In this document: in pieces, positions 9,090 to 19,379 of the stretch
Position numbering within the stretch: position 1 is the first letter of the stretch
Layout: each line of letters opens with the position of its first letter
DNA from: a virus
Taxonomy: Duplodnaviria; Caudoviricetes
Direction: 5' to 3' (one strand)
Length of the DNA stretch: 50,888 nucleotides
IMG/VR virus record: IMGVR_UViG_3300022693_004335
Coordinates: 1 to 50,888 of that record
Program-made: the position numbers and the translations under genes
Notes under the pieces: generated by a model
What the model saw: the letters and a program-made list of their open reading frames with translations, nothing else
Told to the model about the DNA's origin: nothing
The model's database searches: none

Positions 9090-10304
9090 CTAATTATTTA
9101 TATATCGCTGGCCTTCAATGCTTATGTAAGAGCCATCTTCGATAGTTTTTAGTATTTCGATTTGTGAAAGATTATCTGAGATTAACCAGTCTGTTACTGG
9201 AGTTAGCTTACCGCCTTTATTTTCGCCTCCTGTGATGAACACACCCCTAATCCAAAAGGTGTCAGGGAGTAAATCAACAACAGTAGAGTCTCCAGTATTC
9301 CAGGTTAAATCCAAATTGAAGTCTGAAATATTCTGACCTATTTGTCCCGTGTTACTAATCTTAAGAGTAGCGTCTACCTTTTTTTCGTAAAACTCCGCCG
9401 GTTGACCGTTAAGCTTTTCGCTATCTGAGGCTACAAAGTTTTCTTTTCCGAAAACATATTCTGGCTTAGTATTATCAGTTTCAGATAAATCACTTTGAGG
9501 CCGAATACCAATTTCAACCCTATCAATGATTTCTTGCGCTAAAGCTTCTATGTTGTACCAACTCATTACTCTTAATTTCAGATCAATCGACACCCAATTT
9601 TTGTTTATTGATACTTTATAGCCATCTGTGCAATAGCATTGATATCCATACCCAGCATTTACAAAGTGTCTTAATCCTTCCTTAGCGAATAACCTATTTA
9701 ATTCGGTGACTTTAGTCTGCATATCCGCTTTTGATGCGTAGATGCCATTCACTTTCACATTAATTTCAGGAGGTTGACGGAATTCGCTTAATGCGTTAAG
9801 CTTATCAGAAGTTTCACGTGCTGATTTTAACTCAGGAGCATTAAACCCGTTCACATTCTCCACAAGCAATCCGAATTCCGAAAAAAGGTCGTGACCATCT
9901 AATCGAATGCCATCCAATTGAGAAACATTGGGTAGTGGTCCGGATAAGTCTGGATTGAGTTGAACGAATTCAATACTCAACGTTTTTACGCCTTTGTAAT
10001 CTTTTAGTATTTTGAGTTGGTAGAGTTTTACTTGAAAATCTCCATAAGGTGTTGAGAGGGTTTCTTTAGTGGTGACCTCTTCTAATTGCTTAGCTGAGTT
10101 ATACCAATCGCTTCCTTTATAAAAGGCTTCTATAATTATTTTGCGTGACCCGAAATAAATATCATCCTCACTGATAAGCGGTTCAATTTCATCACCCCAA
10201 TCATAGAATGTTTCACCTTGTCGAGCGGGCATATCAAGATAACCGGTTATGAACTGCACGGTGATCCCTAAGTCTGCAAATAATATGTTATTGAATGATG
10301 TCAT
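9090..10304 (-). CDS. Distal-tail-like protein with C-terminal extension
   Basis: Two internally similar halves (FADLGITVQ / FSEFGLLVE) in a tail-tip position. Confidence 0.55.
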   Translation of the reverse strand: MTSFNNILFADLGITVQFITGYLDMPARQGETFYDWGDEIEPLISEDDIYFGSRKIIIEAFYKGSDWYNSAKQLEEVTTKETLSTPYGDFQVKLYQLKILKDYKGVKTLSIEFVQLNPDLSGPLPNVSQLDGIRLDGHDLFSEFGLLVENVNGFNAPELKSARETSDKLNALSEFRQPPEINVKVNGIYASKADMQTKVTELNRLFAKEGLRHFVNAGYGYQCYCTDGYKVSINKNWVSIDLKLRVMSWYNIEALAQEIIDRVEIGIRPQSDLSETDNTKPEYVFGKENFVASDSEKLNGQPAEFYEKKVDATLKISNTGQIGQNISDFNLDLTWNTGDSTVVDLLPDTFWIRGVFITGGENKGGKLTPVTDWLISDNLSQIEILKTIEDGSYISIEGQRYINN

Positions 10305-12727
10305 TAACCTAGTGTTACATTGGCTTGCCAGTAGACGCCGTCATTTGTGAATTCCCAAGCGTCACCTATATTTATTAATAGGTCAGTTTCTATTTCTGAT
10401 TTGAAAATGTTACCGTTAATGGTGACAGAAGCGTCGGTGCGTTTAATTTTTAATACTCTTCCCTCAGGATGCGTAGTTGGATCAGGCAGGTAGATGTTAA
10501 TTGCTTCAGTGTTATAGCAAGAAATGTACTCGTCGTGCTGAGAGATAGTGTAGTCAACATTTTGAATAATTCTTTTAACCCCTTTAAATCTTCCCTGTGT
10601 TTTGAGATCCCACACGTAGGCCCCAAAAGCATCTACCCCATCAACTGCAGTATTTTCAGCAACACCAAATAGCCCGGCAATAAATGCCCTGCCTTGGGGG
10701 TTTACTTTTTCTACTTTCGCCCGGCCTCTTCCAATAATAGTGGCATAACCTCCAACAGGCTTTGCCCCACCTAGAACGATTGTGTCGAGTCCTGCATAAA
10801 TACCGTTTATTCCGTCGCTGCTTACCGAAGCTCCACCAGATTCCATATAAGCGTCACCATCTCGTAAACAGTTTATAGCCGGGTACTGACTGTCTATACT
10901 GATCCTTTGATTATAATATCTTAGAACACCATCAAAGTTTTGCACGGTTTTGTTCTCGAATCGTGCCAATCCAATTTCACCATCCAGTTGTACTCTTGGC
11001 CGCACAAGCTCAGGGGTTTCGTTTTCAACAATCGCTTGAGATACTATCTGACCGCTTTGAATTAACCAATCTCCAATGTTTGCGTTTTCAGCAAGAATTG
11101 TATTAGTGGCGATAATTTCAAAATTGTCATCTATGAACTGCCAGTTAGCACCTATCCATTCAGCAGCTTGATTATCTTGACCGATGTAGTAATACCATTC
11201 TTTTTGACCTTCTTCATTTAACCTAAAAACATAATCCACTCGATTCTGAGAGTTATGGTAAAGGGTTTCAGGATCGAACTCTCCCATATTCACATAAAGC
11301 GGTGCTTTAAAGTTTCCGATGTTATTGAAAACACGGTTGAACTGTTCACTTACATATTGCTCGTTTAAGTAAATTGTATTCTTAATATTCCGTTGATCTG
11401 AAAGAACCTGAGCGATATAGCTTACTGTTACTTGGCTACCAATTTCTAGTGAGTATTCAAAAGGATTATTAAGCTTCTGAGACAGGCTTAAAATCCTCAC
11501 CTGAAAATCAATACCGAAATCTTCATCGGTTATCGTTATGATATCCCCTATATTAAGTTCTGTTTGATTTCTGCGTAAATAAGGGTAATGCGGCGAAACC
11601 TTATAAATCACATTTGGTTGACTGTACTTCTCTAAATATTCAGTTGCGCGTTCCAAAAGTTCTGCTTCCGCGTTATCGATATACGCCTGAGGCATTTTAA
11701 TATTCACCAGAACATACTTGTCGCCTGAACGCGGTCTGAAAGTTTCGTTTGGCGTTGTATAATCAGTTTCATCCGTATAAGGAATGATCTCGATTTCTTT
11801 ATTTTGACTGTTATAACTAGCGATTTCAAATTCTCGACCGGCAAGATCCCCGGTATTGAAAATTACTTTTGCTCTGGCTCCACCTATAAGTTGCTCGTTG
11901 ATATTGAAATCAATTGCGGTATCTCGGAATTTTGAAATACTTGCCGAAGATGAAGACACTACCCCATTTAGTCGCGGATAAACATCTTCAAAAGTTATAC
12001 TTCTTTCAATGGTCCCAAAAACATCAACGTTGTTTTGAAGCTTGGGTATTTTTAGGCGTTTGCTTCCGTATTCGTTTGTGATATTTCTTGTACTTCCGGT
12101 TGGATATAGCACCGTAAGTAACTCCGCATTTTGCAAAGTCAGGCGTTCAATGTCACGGAGCCCTTTCTTGTACTCAAATTTTAAATCCGTTTCAGATCCG
12201 ATCTTCTTGCGAAAAGTGATTTGCTTTCCTTTGACTTGAAACTCACATTCAAATTCAGTAGCTAGCTTTTGAAGCGCTGCTAAACAGTTTTCATTGGTGA
12301 AGTTTAAATTTTTTCCTTCTAAGGGTTCTACGTAGTCAGCGTAAAAAACACCTTCACCATAAACTCGATTAAGATTCGATATAATTAAGCTTACGGCATC
12401 AATAGGATCACCGAATAAGTAGAATTCTGAGTCATCATCCAACATTACCTGAACGTTTTTCAGGATATACATATCAGATTTGAACTGAAGATTATAGCTG
12501 AATGTATTCTGCGATTTTTTAACCTGTGGCTCATCAAGGATCGTATAAACCGAATCCTTGAATTCTATAAAATCACCTATTTGCAAATCAAGCTTTCTGC
12601 CTTCAATTACAAAACGCGAAGTCACCAAGTCTTCACCTCCTATTTTTTGACGTAACTCTGTCTGACCGTCGATGTTAATATCTTCAAGCTCAGTCTTTAC
12701 TTCGTTTATGTATCTGTATATTTTCAT
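10304..12727 (-). CDS. Tail tip / hub protein (phage minor structural protein)
   Basis: Directly downstream of the tape measure gene; TVLYPTGSTRNI and FEDVYPR motifs of tail-hub type. Confidence 0.75.
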   Translation of the reverse strand: MKIYRYINEVKTELEDINIDGQTELRQKIGGEDLVTSRFVIEGRKLDLQIGDFIEFKDSVYTILDEPQVKKSQNTFSYNLQFKSDMYILKNVQVMLDDDSEFYLFGDPIDAVSLIISNLNRVYGEGVFYADYVEPLEGKNLNFTNENCLAALQKLATEFECEFQVKGKQITFRKKIGSETDLKFEYKKGLRDIERLTLQNAELLTVLYPTGSTRNITNEYGSKRLKIPKLQNNVDVFGTIERSITFEDVYPRLNGVVSSSSASISKFRDTAIDFNINEQLIGGARAKVIFNTGDLAGREFEIASYNSQNKEIEIIPYTDETDYTTPNETFRPRSGDKYVLVNIKMPQAYIDNAEAELLERATEYLEKYSQPNVIYKVSPHYPYLRRNQTELNIGDIITITDEDFGIDFQVRILSLSQKLNNPFEYSLEIGSQVTVSYIAQVLSDQRNIKNTIYLNEQYVSEQFNRVFNNIGNFKAPLYVNMGEFDPETLYHNSQNRVDYVFRLNEEGQKEWYYYIGQDNQAAEWIGANWQFIDDNFEIIATNTILAENANIGDWLIQSGQIVSQAIVENETPELVRPRVQLDGEIGLARFENKTVQNFDGVLRYYNQRISIDSQYPAINCLRDGDAYMESGGASVSSDGINGIYAGLDTIVLGGAKPVGGYATIIGRGRAKVEKVNPQGRAFIAGLFGVAENTAVDGVDAFGAYVWDLKTQGRFKGVKRIIQNVDYTISQHDEYISCYNTEAINIYLPDPTTHPEGRVLKIKRTDASVTINGNIFKSEIETDLLINIGDAWEFTNDGVYWQANVTLG

Positions 12728-15700
12728 CTATCCTACTTGAAATTGTAGTATTGCTGACTCAATGCTTGCGAATCTTCCGTCAATGCTTTCTAGGTATCTG
12801 TTGTATCTGGTGTTGATTTCAATTTGAGCTAAATAGGCGACAGCTTGCTGATTTACAATAAGACCCTGACGAACGTCTAATCGCATTGCGTTGAGATATC
12901 CTGCCAGTATATTAGCTGTGTCTTCTGTGATCGCTGTAATAGCACCACTTAATCCTTGCTTTTGAGACGCATCAGAACCAAGCGCACCAATACCACTATC
13001 CTCAAGTATTGCATTGATTGCATCTAGATCACTTTGAGCACCGTTGATAAGGCTTGAATAAAAGTTTCTGAGCGCTTCTATTTCTGAAGAAGTGTATTTG
13101 CCGTCCTCTCCGGCTTTTGCAAATTCATCGTAGAATTTCGCTACTTCTTTTTCGAGGTACTTAATTTGAAATGCTTGTAGTAGAGCGTCCTGCATTAACG
13201 CCCCAAAATCTGAAGCAAAATCTTCAGCCGCTAGCTTTCCATTTCTAAAACCCTCAATAATACTATCTGTGATAGACTGAGCAGTCGTACCGGTATATAT
13301 TTGCTGGAGTTCTTCTCGCAACTCTTGAACTTTACGTCTAGCTTCTTCGGCCTGTTCTGCTAATTCCTCGAGCTTGGCCTGATCAGTACCACTACCCTTA
13401 CCTTTTTTACCAATTGTTATACCTAGTAACTTAACCTGTTTTTCGGCTTCCTTTTCCGCTTCTGCTGCAAGGTTCGCTTGTCTTTCGAGATCTGCTAATT
13501 CTTCAATTTGACTTAACCTAGAACCTACCCTATCACTACCTATGCTTTGAGAAATAACATAGTCAAGCTTATCAATAGCTTTGTTTAGCTCTTTGATCGC
13601 TCTTTCAAACTTCTCTGTGTCTGATTCTACTTCTACACTCAAAGCACTATTTAGAACTTGTAAGCCACCTCCGATAATATCAGCGGGGTTTCCGGATGCA
13701 ATTCCTTTAGCTAACTGACCTGCACCGGCTGCAACTCCTGCGAGCTGGTCTAGTAATTTTGCCGTGTCTTCATCGCCGAATTTTTGAAATAGTGAAGAAA
13801 GCTGTCCGAATGACTGTGAAATTGTATCTGCGGTACGCTGAAAATTATCACCTATCGCTTCTTGTGCGTCTTGAATATTGCCTTCCGCCTCAATCGCTTC
13901 AGCTGATCCTTCCTTGGCAACCTTTAATTTGACTTTCCATAACTTGATATAAGATCTAAGTTCATCGTTTCTCAAATCACGAATGCTTCGATTTAGATTC
14001 TTGTAAAGATCCTCTTCTTCGTTAAGAGATTGCTTTGCTACTCTTAATTCTTCTTCTTTAGCTTTAATTCGTTCCGCGATTCCACGGCGCTCTTCTTCGG
14101 TTTTAACCGATTCAAACTCTTCGTATAGGTTGTTGAGTTGACGATTTATCGCATCCACAGAGGTTATATCAATCTCAAAATCTACCGGGACGGTTATAGG
14201 CTGCAACGTGTTTGCTGAGACAATCACTTCTCTATTTAAATCAATACCAGCGTTTTCAGCAGCCAGAGCAATTTTTTGTTGTTCTGCGAATGATTTAGTT
14301 TGAGCAAGTTTATTTTTAAGGAACTCCCCATAATCTGCACCTTGCTTAATTAGGGATTCAAATTGTTTATCGGCTATTTCTTTGCCGATTTGATTCACAA
14401 CAGCTTCATACTTTTGATATTCCTGCTCTTGCCTTTTTAAAGATTCCGTAAAAGCATCTTTAGTATTTCCGTCACCTGAACCTGAACCGCTGTATTCCGT
14501 ATTTAAAATGCGCTTACGTTTTTCAGCATACTTTCTTATTTCTTCTGTCTCATTGTCTAAGAAAGGTTTTAAAGACTGAATACTGTCAGTTTCGTTAATT
14601 GCCTCAAGTTGTTCTATAATTTTGAGACGATTAGCTATAGCATCTTCAATTTCTTTAATCCCAGAGCCTATAAAATCAGAAAAATCAGATTCTTTTAATG
14701 ATTGATTTATCTGCCTGATAGCCTCGGCTTTGCCTGACGCTGTATTTAATTCAGCCTGAGTTAATCTCCTATTTTTATCAAGTAATTCATCTACAATTGA
14801 AGATTGCTCTTCTAGTTGTCCGTTAAGTTGGCGTTGTTGAATTACGCTTTGGGAAAGAGAATTTATATAACCTTGAGCAAATCCTTTTAAAACATCTTTT
14901 GATTTATCCCCAGAATTAAGAGTTCTGTCAAACGCTCCTTGAACACCTTCAAGTTGCTTTCTTAAAGATGCAAGTATTTCGCTATCGGATTGCTGATAAT
15001 CAATTTGTAATTGAACTCCATTGTCTTTAGCTATAACATCTAATTCCGCTAAAGTTTGAGTGAACTTGTCTCTGTAGTCTTCGATGTCAATTTCAAGGTC
15101 TCCTTGCTCTCTAAGTGCTTTTTCAAGTTGTTCTTGTCTTTGAGCAAACTTGTAGCGCTGAATGTAAGCGTCGTTTACTTGGTTAATTACTCTAAGTAAA
15201 TCTTTAGTACTTGCAGTTTCAGAATCTATACCGCTTATGAATTCAGGATAATTTTTGAGTATCTCGTTTCTTATACGATTGAAGTCTTCACTTCCTTCTG
15301 TGGTGCTAAGAAGTTCTCCTTTAAGTTTCGATAATGCTACTCTTTGATCGTTGAAATTCTTCTCAAGTTCTCTACCGATTGATAACGTATTATTTAAAAA
15401 ACCAGCTAGTCTGTTACTCATATCAAGCACAGAATCTCCAATACTTTTTGATGTTGCTTTTATTCTATTTTGAAGAATAGCAAGTTGATTAACATTAGAG
15501 GATACGTTTCTTTCAAAGGCCTCTTGAGAAGCGCCGGCTGAATTACCTAGATCTTCTAAATCTTGTGCTGCACCCTTTGCGTTTTCTCCTGTAGTTGAAA
15601 GGATAGCTCCCATTGCTTCAACGCTCCCAGTAAGCTCTTTTAGTTTGTTTTGACTGCCTCCTGCTCTATCACTTACTAACTGAAAAGCGTTTTGAAGTGT

Positions 15701-16438
15701 TAATGATTTAGCGGCTCCGTCTCCCAGTACTTTAGTAGTCGCTTCAATTGCTGCGCGTATTTGGGTCATAGCCTGCGCCGTTGGAACCCCTTGCTTTGTG
15801 AGTGTTGCTACTGCTGCTAATACCTCTCTAAACTCAAAGCCGGAAGCTGCTGCCAGTGGAGCAACCTGAGATAAAGAACTCGATAACTGCTCAAAGTTCG
15901 TTTTACCAAGCTTTACAGTTTGAAATAAAGCGTCTGCGACTTCCTCTGCATCTTCTGCTCCTAATTTGAAAGCGTTGAGAACTGTTGTTATACCATCCGC
16001 TGCTGTTTCGGTTGTGGTTACACCTGCAGTTGCAGCTTTGGCAGATGTTTCAAGTAGCTTTAACCCTTCTGCACCATCATAACCGGCACTTACTATTTGG
16101 TAGTAAGCTTTAGCTAATTTTACAGGACCGTCTGGAGATATTTTACTAAGCTCAAATACTTGGCTTGATATGCCTTTGAAATCGTTTTGAGTTGCTTCTG
16201 AAATAGTTTCAACCTCTTTCATCGCATTCTCAAAATCCTTTGCCAATTGATAAGCATCGTCAGCAATGGAAATAAAAGCAGCAGCCGCACCTGTAGCTAG
16301 GGCTACAAAAGGATTTATTCTACCTATTGTTCCGGCTAACCCTTGAATTATACCTTCAGCTTCTCTTGCTCCCCGCCTAAGCCCGTCGTTTTGGATGCCC
16401 GTGCTAAAGAAGAGACTATTATCGCCGCGTACTGCCAT
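12728..16438 (-). CDS. Tail tape measure protein (TP901-like core)
   Basis: Over 1200 aa, helical, with FENAMKEVETIS and ADALFQTVKLGKT core motifs; ATG at 16438 (MAVRGD) preferred. Confidence 0.93.
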   Translation of the reverse strand: MAVRGDNSLFFSTGIQNDGLRRGAREAEGIIQGLAGTIGRINPFVALATGAAAAFISIADDAYQLAKDFENAMKEVETISEATQNDFKGISSQVFELSKISPDGPVKLAKAYYQIVSAGYDGAEGLKLLETSAKAATAGVTTTETAADGITTVLNAFKLGAEDAEEVADALFQTVKLGKTNFEQLSSSLSQVAPLAAASGFEFREVLAAVATLTKQGVPTAQAMTQIRAAIEATTKVLGDGAAKSLTLQNAFQLVSDRAGGSQNKLKELTGSVEAMGAILSTTGENAKGAAQDLEDLGNSAGASQEAFERNVSSNVNQLAILQNRIKATSKSIGDSVLDMSNRLAGFLNNTLSIGRELEKNFNDQRVALSKLKGELLSTTEGSEDFNRIRNEILKNYPEFISGIDSETASTKDLLRVINQVNDAYIQRYKFAQRQEQLEKALREQGDLEIDIEDYRDKFTQTLAELDVIAKDNGVQLQIDYQQSDSEILASLRKQLEGVQGAFDRTLNSGDKSKDVLKGFAQGYINSLSQSVIQQRQLNGQLEEQSSIVDELLDKNRRLTQAELNTASGKAEAIRQINQSLKESDFSDFIGSGIKEIEDAIANRLKIIEQLEAINETDSIQSLKPFLDNETEEIRKYAEKRKRILNTEYSGSGSGDGNTKDAFTESLKRQEQEYQKYEAVVNQIGKEIADKQFESLIKQGADYGEFLKNKLAQTKSFAEQQKIALAAENAGIDLNREVIVSANTLQPITVPVDFEIDITSVDAINRQLNNLYEEFESVKTEEERRGIAERIKAKEEELRVAKQSLNEEEDLYKNLNRSIRDLRNDELRSYIKLWKVKLKVAKEGSAEAIEAEGNIQDAQEAIGDNFQRTADTISQSFGQLSSLFQKFGDEDTAKLLDQLAGVAAGAGQLAKGIASGNPADIIGGGLQVLNSALSVEVESDTEKFERAIKELNKAIDKLDYVISQSIGSDRVGSRLSQIEELADLERQANLAAEAEKEAEKQVKLLGITIGKKGKGSGTDQAKLEELAEQAEEARRKVQELREELQQIYTGTTAQSITDSIIEGFRNGKLAAEDFASDFGALMQDALLQAFQIKYLEKEVAKFYDEFAKAGEDGKYTSSEIEALRNFYSSLINGAQSDLDAINAILEDSGIGALGSDASQKQGLSGAITAITEDTANILAGYLNAMRLDVRQGLIVNQQAVAYLAQIEINTRYNRYLESIDGRFASIESAILQFQVG

Positions 16439-16575
16439 TGTTTTCTTTTCCTGCAAAGTAGGCTGACCGCTATATTAAAATGCCTCAATTCTTTCTTAGT
16501 ATGCGTAGGTGCAACTACATTATCTCATAGGAAACTATCATCAACGCAAATGATATAATTCGCTAACTTGCGGCT

Positions 16576-17223
16576 ATGTATGTCCTGCAATTCCGCAAAT
16601 CCAAATCGAAGCATTTTCCTGAAGCTCTAAAGCTTGCTCAGGAGTTTGGAGCAGAGTATGACGGCACCACTGTTACGCTAGAGATATCCGATCTTTTAAA
16701 TGCATACAAACATATTCGGACCTTATTCGGGATCATTCAGAATTGGAAAAGCACATCGGCAACTTACAACGGAAAACCGGTTGCTCCATATCAATTCATT
16801 CTACAAGCGCATTGGATAGGTGACTGCTACGATGAGGCATTGCTTGGGAGAAGCTGCGGAACCGGTTGGGAGTGTTTGAAACTAGATAACGTCAAATACA
16901 ATTTACCGGCTGGATTTTTTAAATCGCATAAATACTGGTATCAATTTGGAGAATGGAAGGGTAAAAAATGGGTGATAAATAAACAGGATATTTTCAACAC
17001 GCTTTTAAATTACGCGAATTCAAAAGGGATTTCGCTTTGTCCATTTTTTGATGAAACAAAACTCCAGTTTATTGTTGGGAATTTGCCTAATTTCTTAATT
17101 GCTGACGGAGTTACTTTTGAAACTGTGTTCTCTGACAAGTATTTGAACAAGGAGATTCTTCAGGTTCCAGTTGGGATCAAGCACTTGCAGATAGATAATA
17201 TAATGAAGCGTGTTGATCAATAA
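16576..17223 (+). CDS. Hypothetical protein (moron-like, antisense to the tail operon)
   Basis: 215-aa ATG ORF that overlaps no other real gene except by 7 nt at its stop. Confidence 0.65.
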   Translation: MYVLQFRKSKSKHFPEALKLAQEFGAEYDGTTVTLEISDLLNAYKHIRTLFGIIQNWKSTSATYNGKPVAPYQFILQAHWIGDCYDEALLGRSCGTGWECLKLDNVKYNLPAGFFKSHKYWYQFGEWKGKKWVINKQDIFNTLLNYANSKGISLCPFFDETKLQFIVGNLPNFLIADGVTFETVFSDKYLNKEILQVPVGIKHLQIDNIMKRVDQ

Positions 17224-17735
17224 ACCAAATCCTTAGCCCCGGCTACAATCTTTCCACCTTCTGTATAATCCTCAATCAAACAAAACCCGCGGCTTTTCAC
17301 CTGGGCTTGATGGAACGCTTGAATCTTGCAATTCTTGGCATCTACTTTAGAATTGTGATAAGCGGAAACAAAAGTACTGTCATCAGCTTCTACTTGTGAG
17401 TGATCAAAAGCCCTAATTCTGGAATGTCCGGTTACAGTAGCTTTCGTGCAGTTGAATAGAATTGCTTGGCCATTGTGAATTTTGACGTGGCCTTCAAAAT
17501 AAATACCAGCTTCCTTCATCAATAGCGTGTTTCCTAGCTTTTTGATTGTTAAACTGTTCAAGACTTCTGAGTTAATCAGCCACTCTATGTTATCAAATAG
17601 CAATTCAATTGCAGCTTGGTCGCTGAAATTAGCATTGAGCCGCTCAATCTTTAGCCAGTATTGTTTGCAAAGCTCGTTTTCTTCAAAATTGATTTCCTTG
17701 ATTCTTGAGTAGATGTAATTGAATAACTGTATCAT
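17217..17735 (-). CDS. Hypothetical protein with short beta-repeat C-terminus
   Basis: Repeats like V.A.D.S.V.A; ATG coupled to the stop of the frameshifted chaperone frame. Confidence 0.65.
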   Translation of the reverse strand: MIQLFNYIYSRIKEINFEENELCKQYWLKIERLNANFSDQAAIELLFDNIEWLINSEVLNSLTIKKLGNTLLMKEAGIYFEGHVKIHNGQAILFNCTKATVTGHSRIRAFDHSQVEADDSTFVSAYHNSKVDAKNCKIQAFHQAQVKSRGFCLIEDYTEGGKIVAGAKDLVY

Positions 17736-17992
17736 TTTTTCATTGCTTTAGCGATTAATGAATTGAAGTCGTTGGTTTCTTCTTCTTTTTTAGCTGATTT
17801 TGATTTGGGGATGGATGCGTTTAAAAGGATAATAGTTTGAAAGCTCATTTCCCAAAGAACTTTATGGTAGTCGTAATGATAGTAATGCGAAACACTGCCA
17901 ATAGTTTGAAATGGGTTTAATCTTCGCGGTTTGTCAGATTCATCATCATCGGATTTGTCTGGCTTGCAATCTGGAAAGAGTGCAAAAAAAAA
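17732..17992 (-). CDS. -1 frame extension of tail assembly chaperone (G-T-like fusion)
   Basis: T9 slippery run at 17984-17992. The -1 frame is open to TGA at 17732 (FALFPDCK...NPFQTIGSVSHYYHYDYHKVLWEMSF...AMKK). Confidence 0.75.
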   Translation of the reverse strand, partial: FFFALFPDCKPDKSDDDESDKPRRLNPFQTIGSVSHYYHYDYHKVLWEMSFQTIILLNASIPKSKSAKKEEETNDFNSLIAKAMKK

Positions 17993-18378
17993 TCAGATTG
18001 CATCTTAAGGGTTGTTTCCTGAAAGATCTGGTATATTTCTTTAGGCGTGCAATTATTTTTGATGAATGATTCGTACCAGTCTGGGTATTTTGATTCTTTT
18101 GCGTGTGCCAATATGCAGATCACGCGGATCATATTGTCAGTGTAAGGCAATGCATCTACAAAAGATATTTGTGCCTCTGGTTTTGTGAGGTGGTTAGGTA
18201 AGTTTTGGATTTCACTTGCGCATAGTGCAAGGACTCCCATCGATGGAGGTTTAACAACGAAGTCTATTTCTTTCTTTTGCTTCATATTTTCCGGAAGCAT
18301 TGTGCTGTCTTGCACGTCTATTTTATAGCGACTTGGTTTTTCGATCAAGGCAGCTATAAGCTTTTGTTTGTCGTTCAT
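17917..18378 (-). CDS. Tail assembly chaperone (gpG-like)
   Basis: Between the major tail and tape measure genes, with a slippery DFF site near the C-terminus. Confidence 0.75.
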   Translation of the reverse strand: MNDKQKLIAALIEKPSRYKIDVQDSTMLPENMKQKKEIDFVVKPPSMGVLALCASEIQNLPNHLTKPEAQISFVDALPYTDNMIRVICILAHAKESKYPDWYESFIKNNCTPKEIYQIFQETTLKMQSDFFLHSFQIASQTNPMMMNLTNRED

Positions 18379-18390
18379 TTTCAATATGTC

Positions 18391-18424
18391 AAAAAAAGCC
18401 TATACCGGTCACAGCATAGGCTTT
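18391..18424 (-). terminator. Intrinsic terminator after major tail gene
   Basis: Minus strand AAAGCCTAT-loop-ATAGGCTTTTTTT. Confidence 0.75.
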
Positions 18425-18447
18425 CAATTTATTAACCAAAATAAATA

Positions 18448-18987
18448 TTAAACTACATCCTCAAATCCTAAGATGTAAGGTGAGCCTTTATCTCCTGCAG
18501 CTGAAACTGGAGTGTTTGCGGTTACGGTTACATCAACAGCTGGAAGGCCGTTTTTTGTAATTGTACCCTGCTCACGGGCATTTACCTTGCCGTAAGGAAT
18601 TTTTATTACTCCCTGCTTTCCGTTGATTGGTTTACCAACTGCTTTAAGGGATAAGTAAATACTTGGTTTTGATGCTGGGGCCATATAGTTTCCTTCGTCT
18701 TCACCATCTGCAACTACACCTACTTTTCCTCCCATTAACATAACGCGCTGTTCTGGAGTAACTCCGAATAGACGGAAGGTTAATGTAGTAGGATCTGCTG
18801 TGTCATCTACAGTCAGGTAGCTGTCTTCTGCTTCAGTTGGAATAGTAGTTTCGTTAGAATTCGTTCCTTCGATAACTACTGACCCTACTTCTACATCAGT
18901 GAACTCTGTAAGATCGGCTCCCATTACACCATCACCAGGAGTTCCTAGTGCGATGCTTGCTAAGCCTAAAATGTTATTCGTTTTCAT
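18448..18987 (-). CDS. Major tail (tube) protein
   Basis: 179 aa, acidic and beta-rich; follows the tail terminator gene and precedes a terminator and the chaperone. Confidence 0.75.
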   Translation of the reverse strand: MKTNNILGLASIALGTPGDGVMGADLTEFTDVEVGSVVIEGTNSNETTIPTEAEDSYLTVDDTADPTTLTFRLFGVTPEQRVMLMGGKVGVVADGEDEGNYMAPASKPSIYLSLKAVGKPINGKQGVIKIPYGKVNAREQGTITKNGLPAVDVTVTANTPVSAAGDKGSPYILGFEDVV

Positions 18988-19379
18988 AATGTCTGAAATT
19001 CGATTCTTAAATTGTAATAACTCATTCCGTCTCTGTCTGGGTCATCAAATATTCCCTTGTCATCATCTATTTGAAAATAGAAAGTGCCGTGTTCGGTTGT
19101 GATTTGTGTTTCATCCAGTAATGGAATTATAATGTCAATTAGCTTTTTAAATCTGCTGTGATTGTCTTCTCCTGCTGAAAGTTTCTGCGTGTGAATGTTC
19201 ACGTTTGCAAATCCGTTTTGCAAGTATTGATTCGGATTATTGATCGTATTAAGCGCGATAAATTCCGATTGAGTGATTTTTGAAACCTGTCCAAACTTGA
19301 TAGTTTCGATTTCATCGGTTACAACTGGCACGTTCAGGACCCTATATAGGGCCAGCAATATGTTATACGTTGATTGCAC
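18984..19379 (-). CDS. Tail terminator / completion protein
   Basis: Gene order and size (131 aa); NVNIHT and YYNLRIEF strands. Confidence 0.6.
   Translation of the reverse strand: MQSTYNILLALYRVLNVPVVTDEIETIKFGQVSKITQSEFIALNTINNPNQYLQNGFANVNIHTQKLSAGEDNHSRFKKLIDIIIPLLDETQITTEHGTFYFQIDDDKGIFDDPDRDGMSYYNLRIEFQTL

Noticed and set aside
7244-12727. Diversity-generating retroelement or tail-fibre shufflon
   Set aside because: No reverse transcriptase or invertase in the window, and I saw no TR/VR-like duplicate or inverted cassettes in the tail genes.
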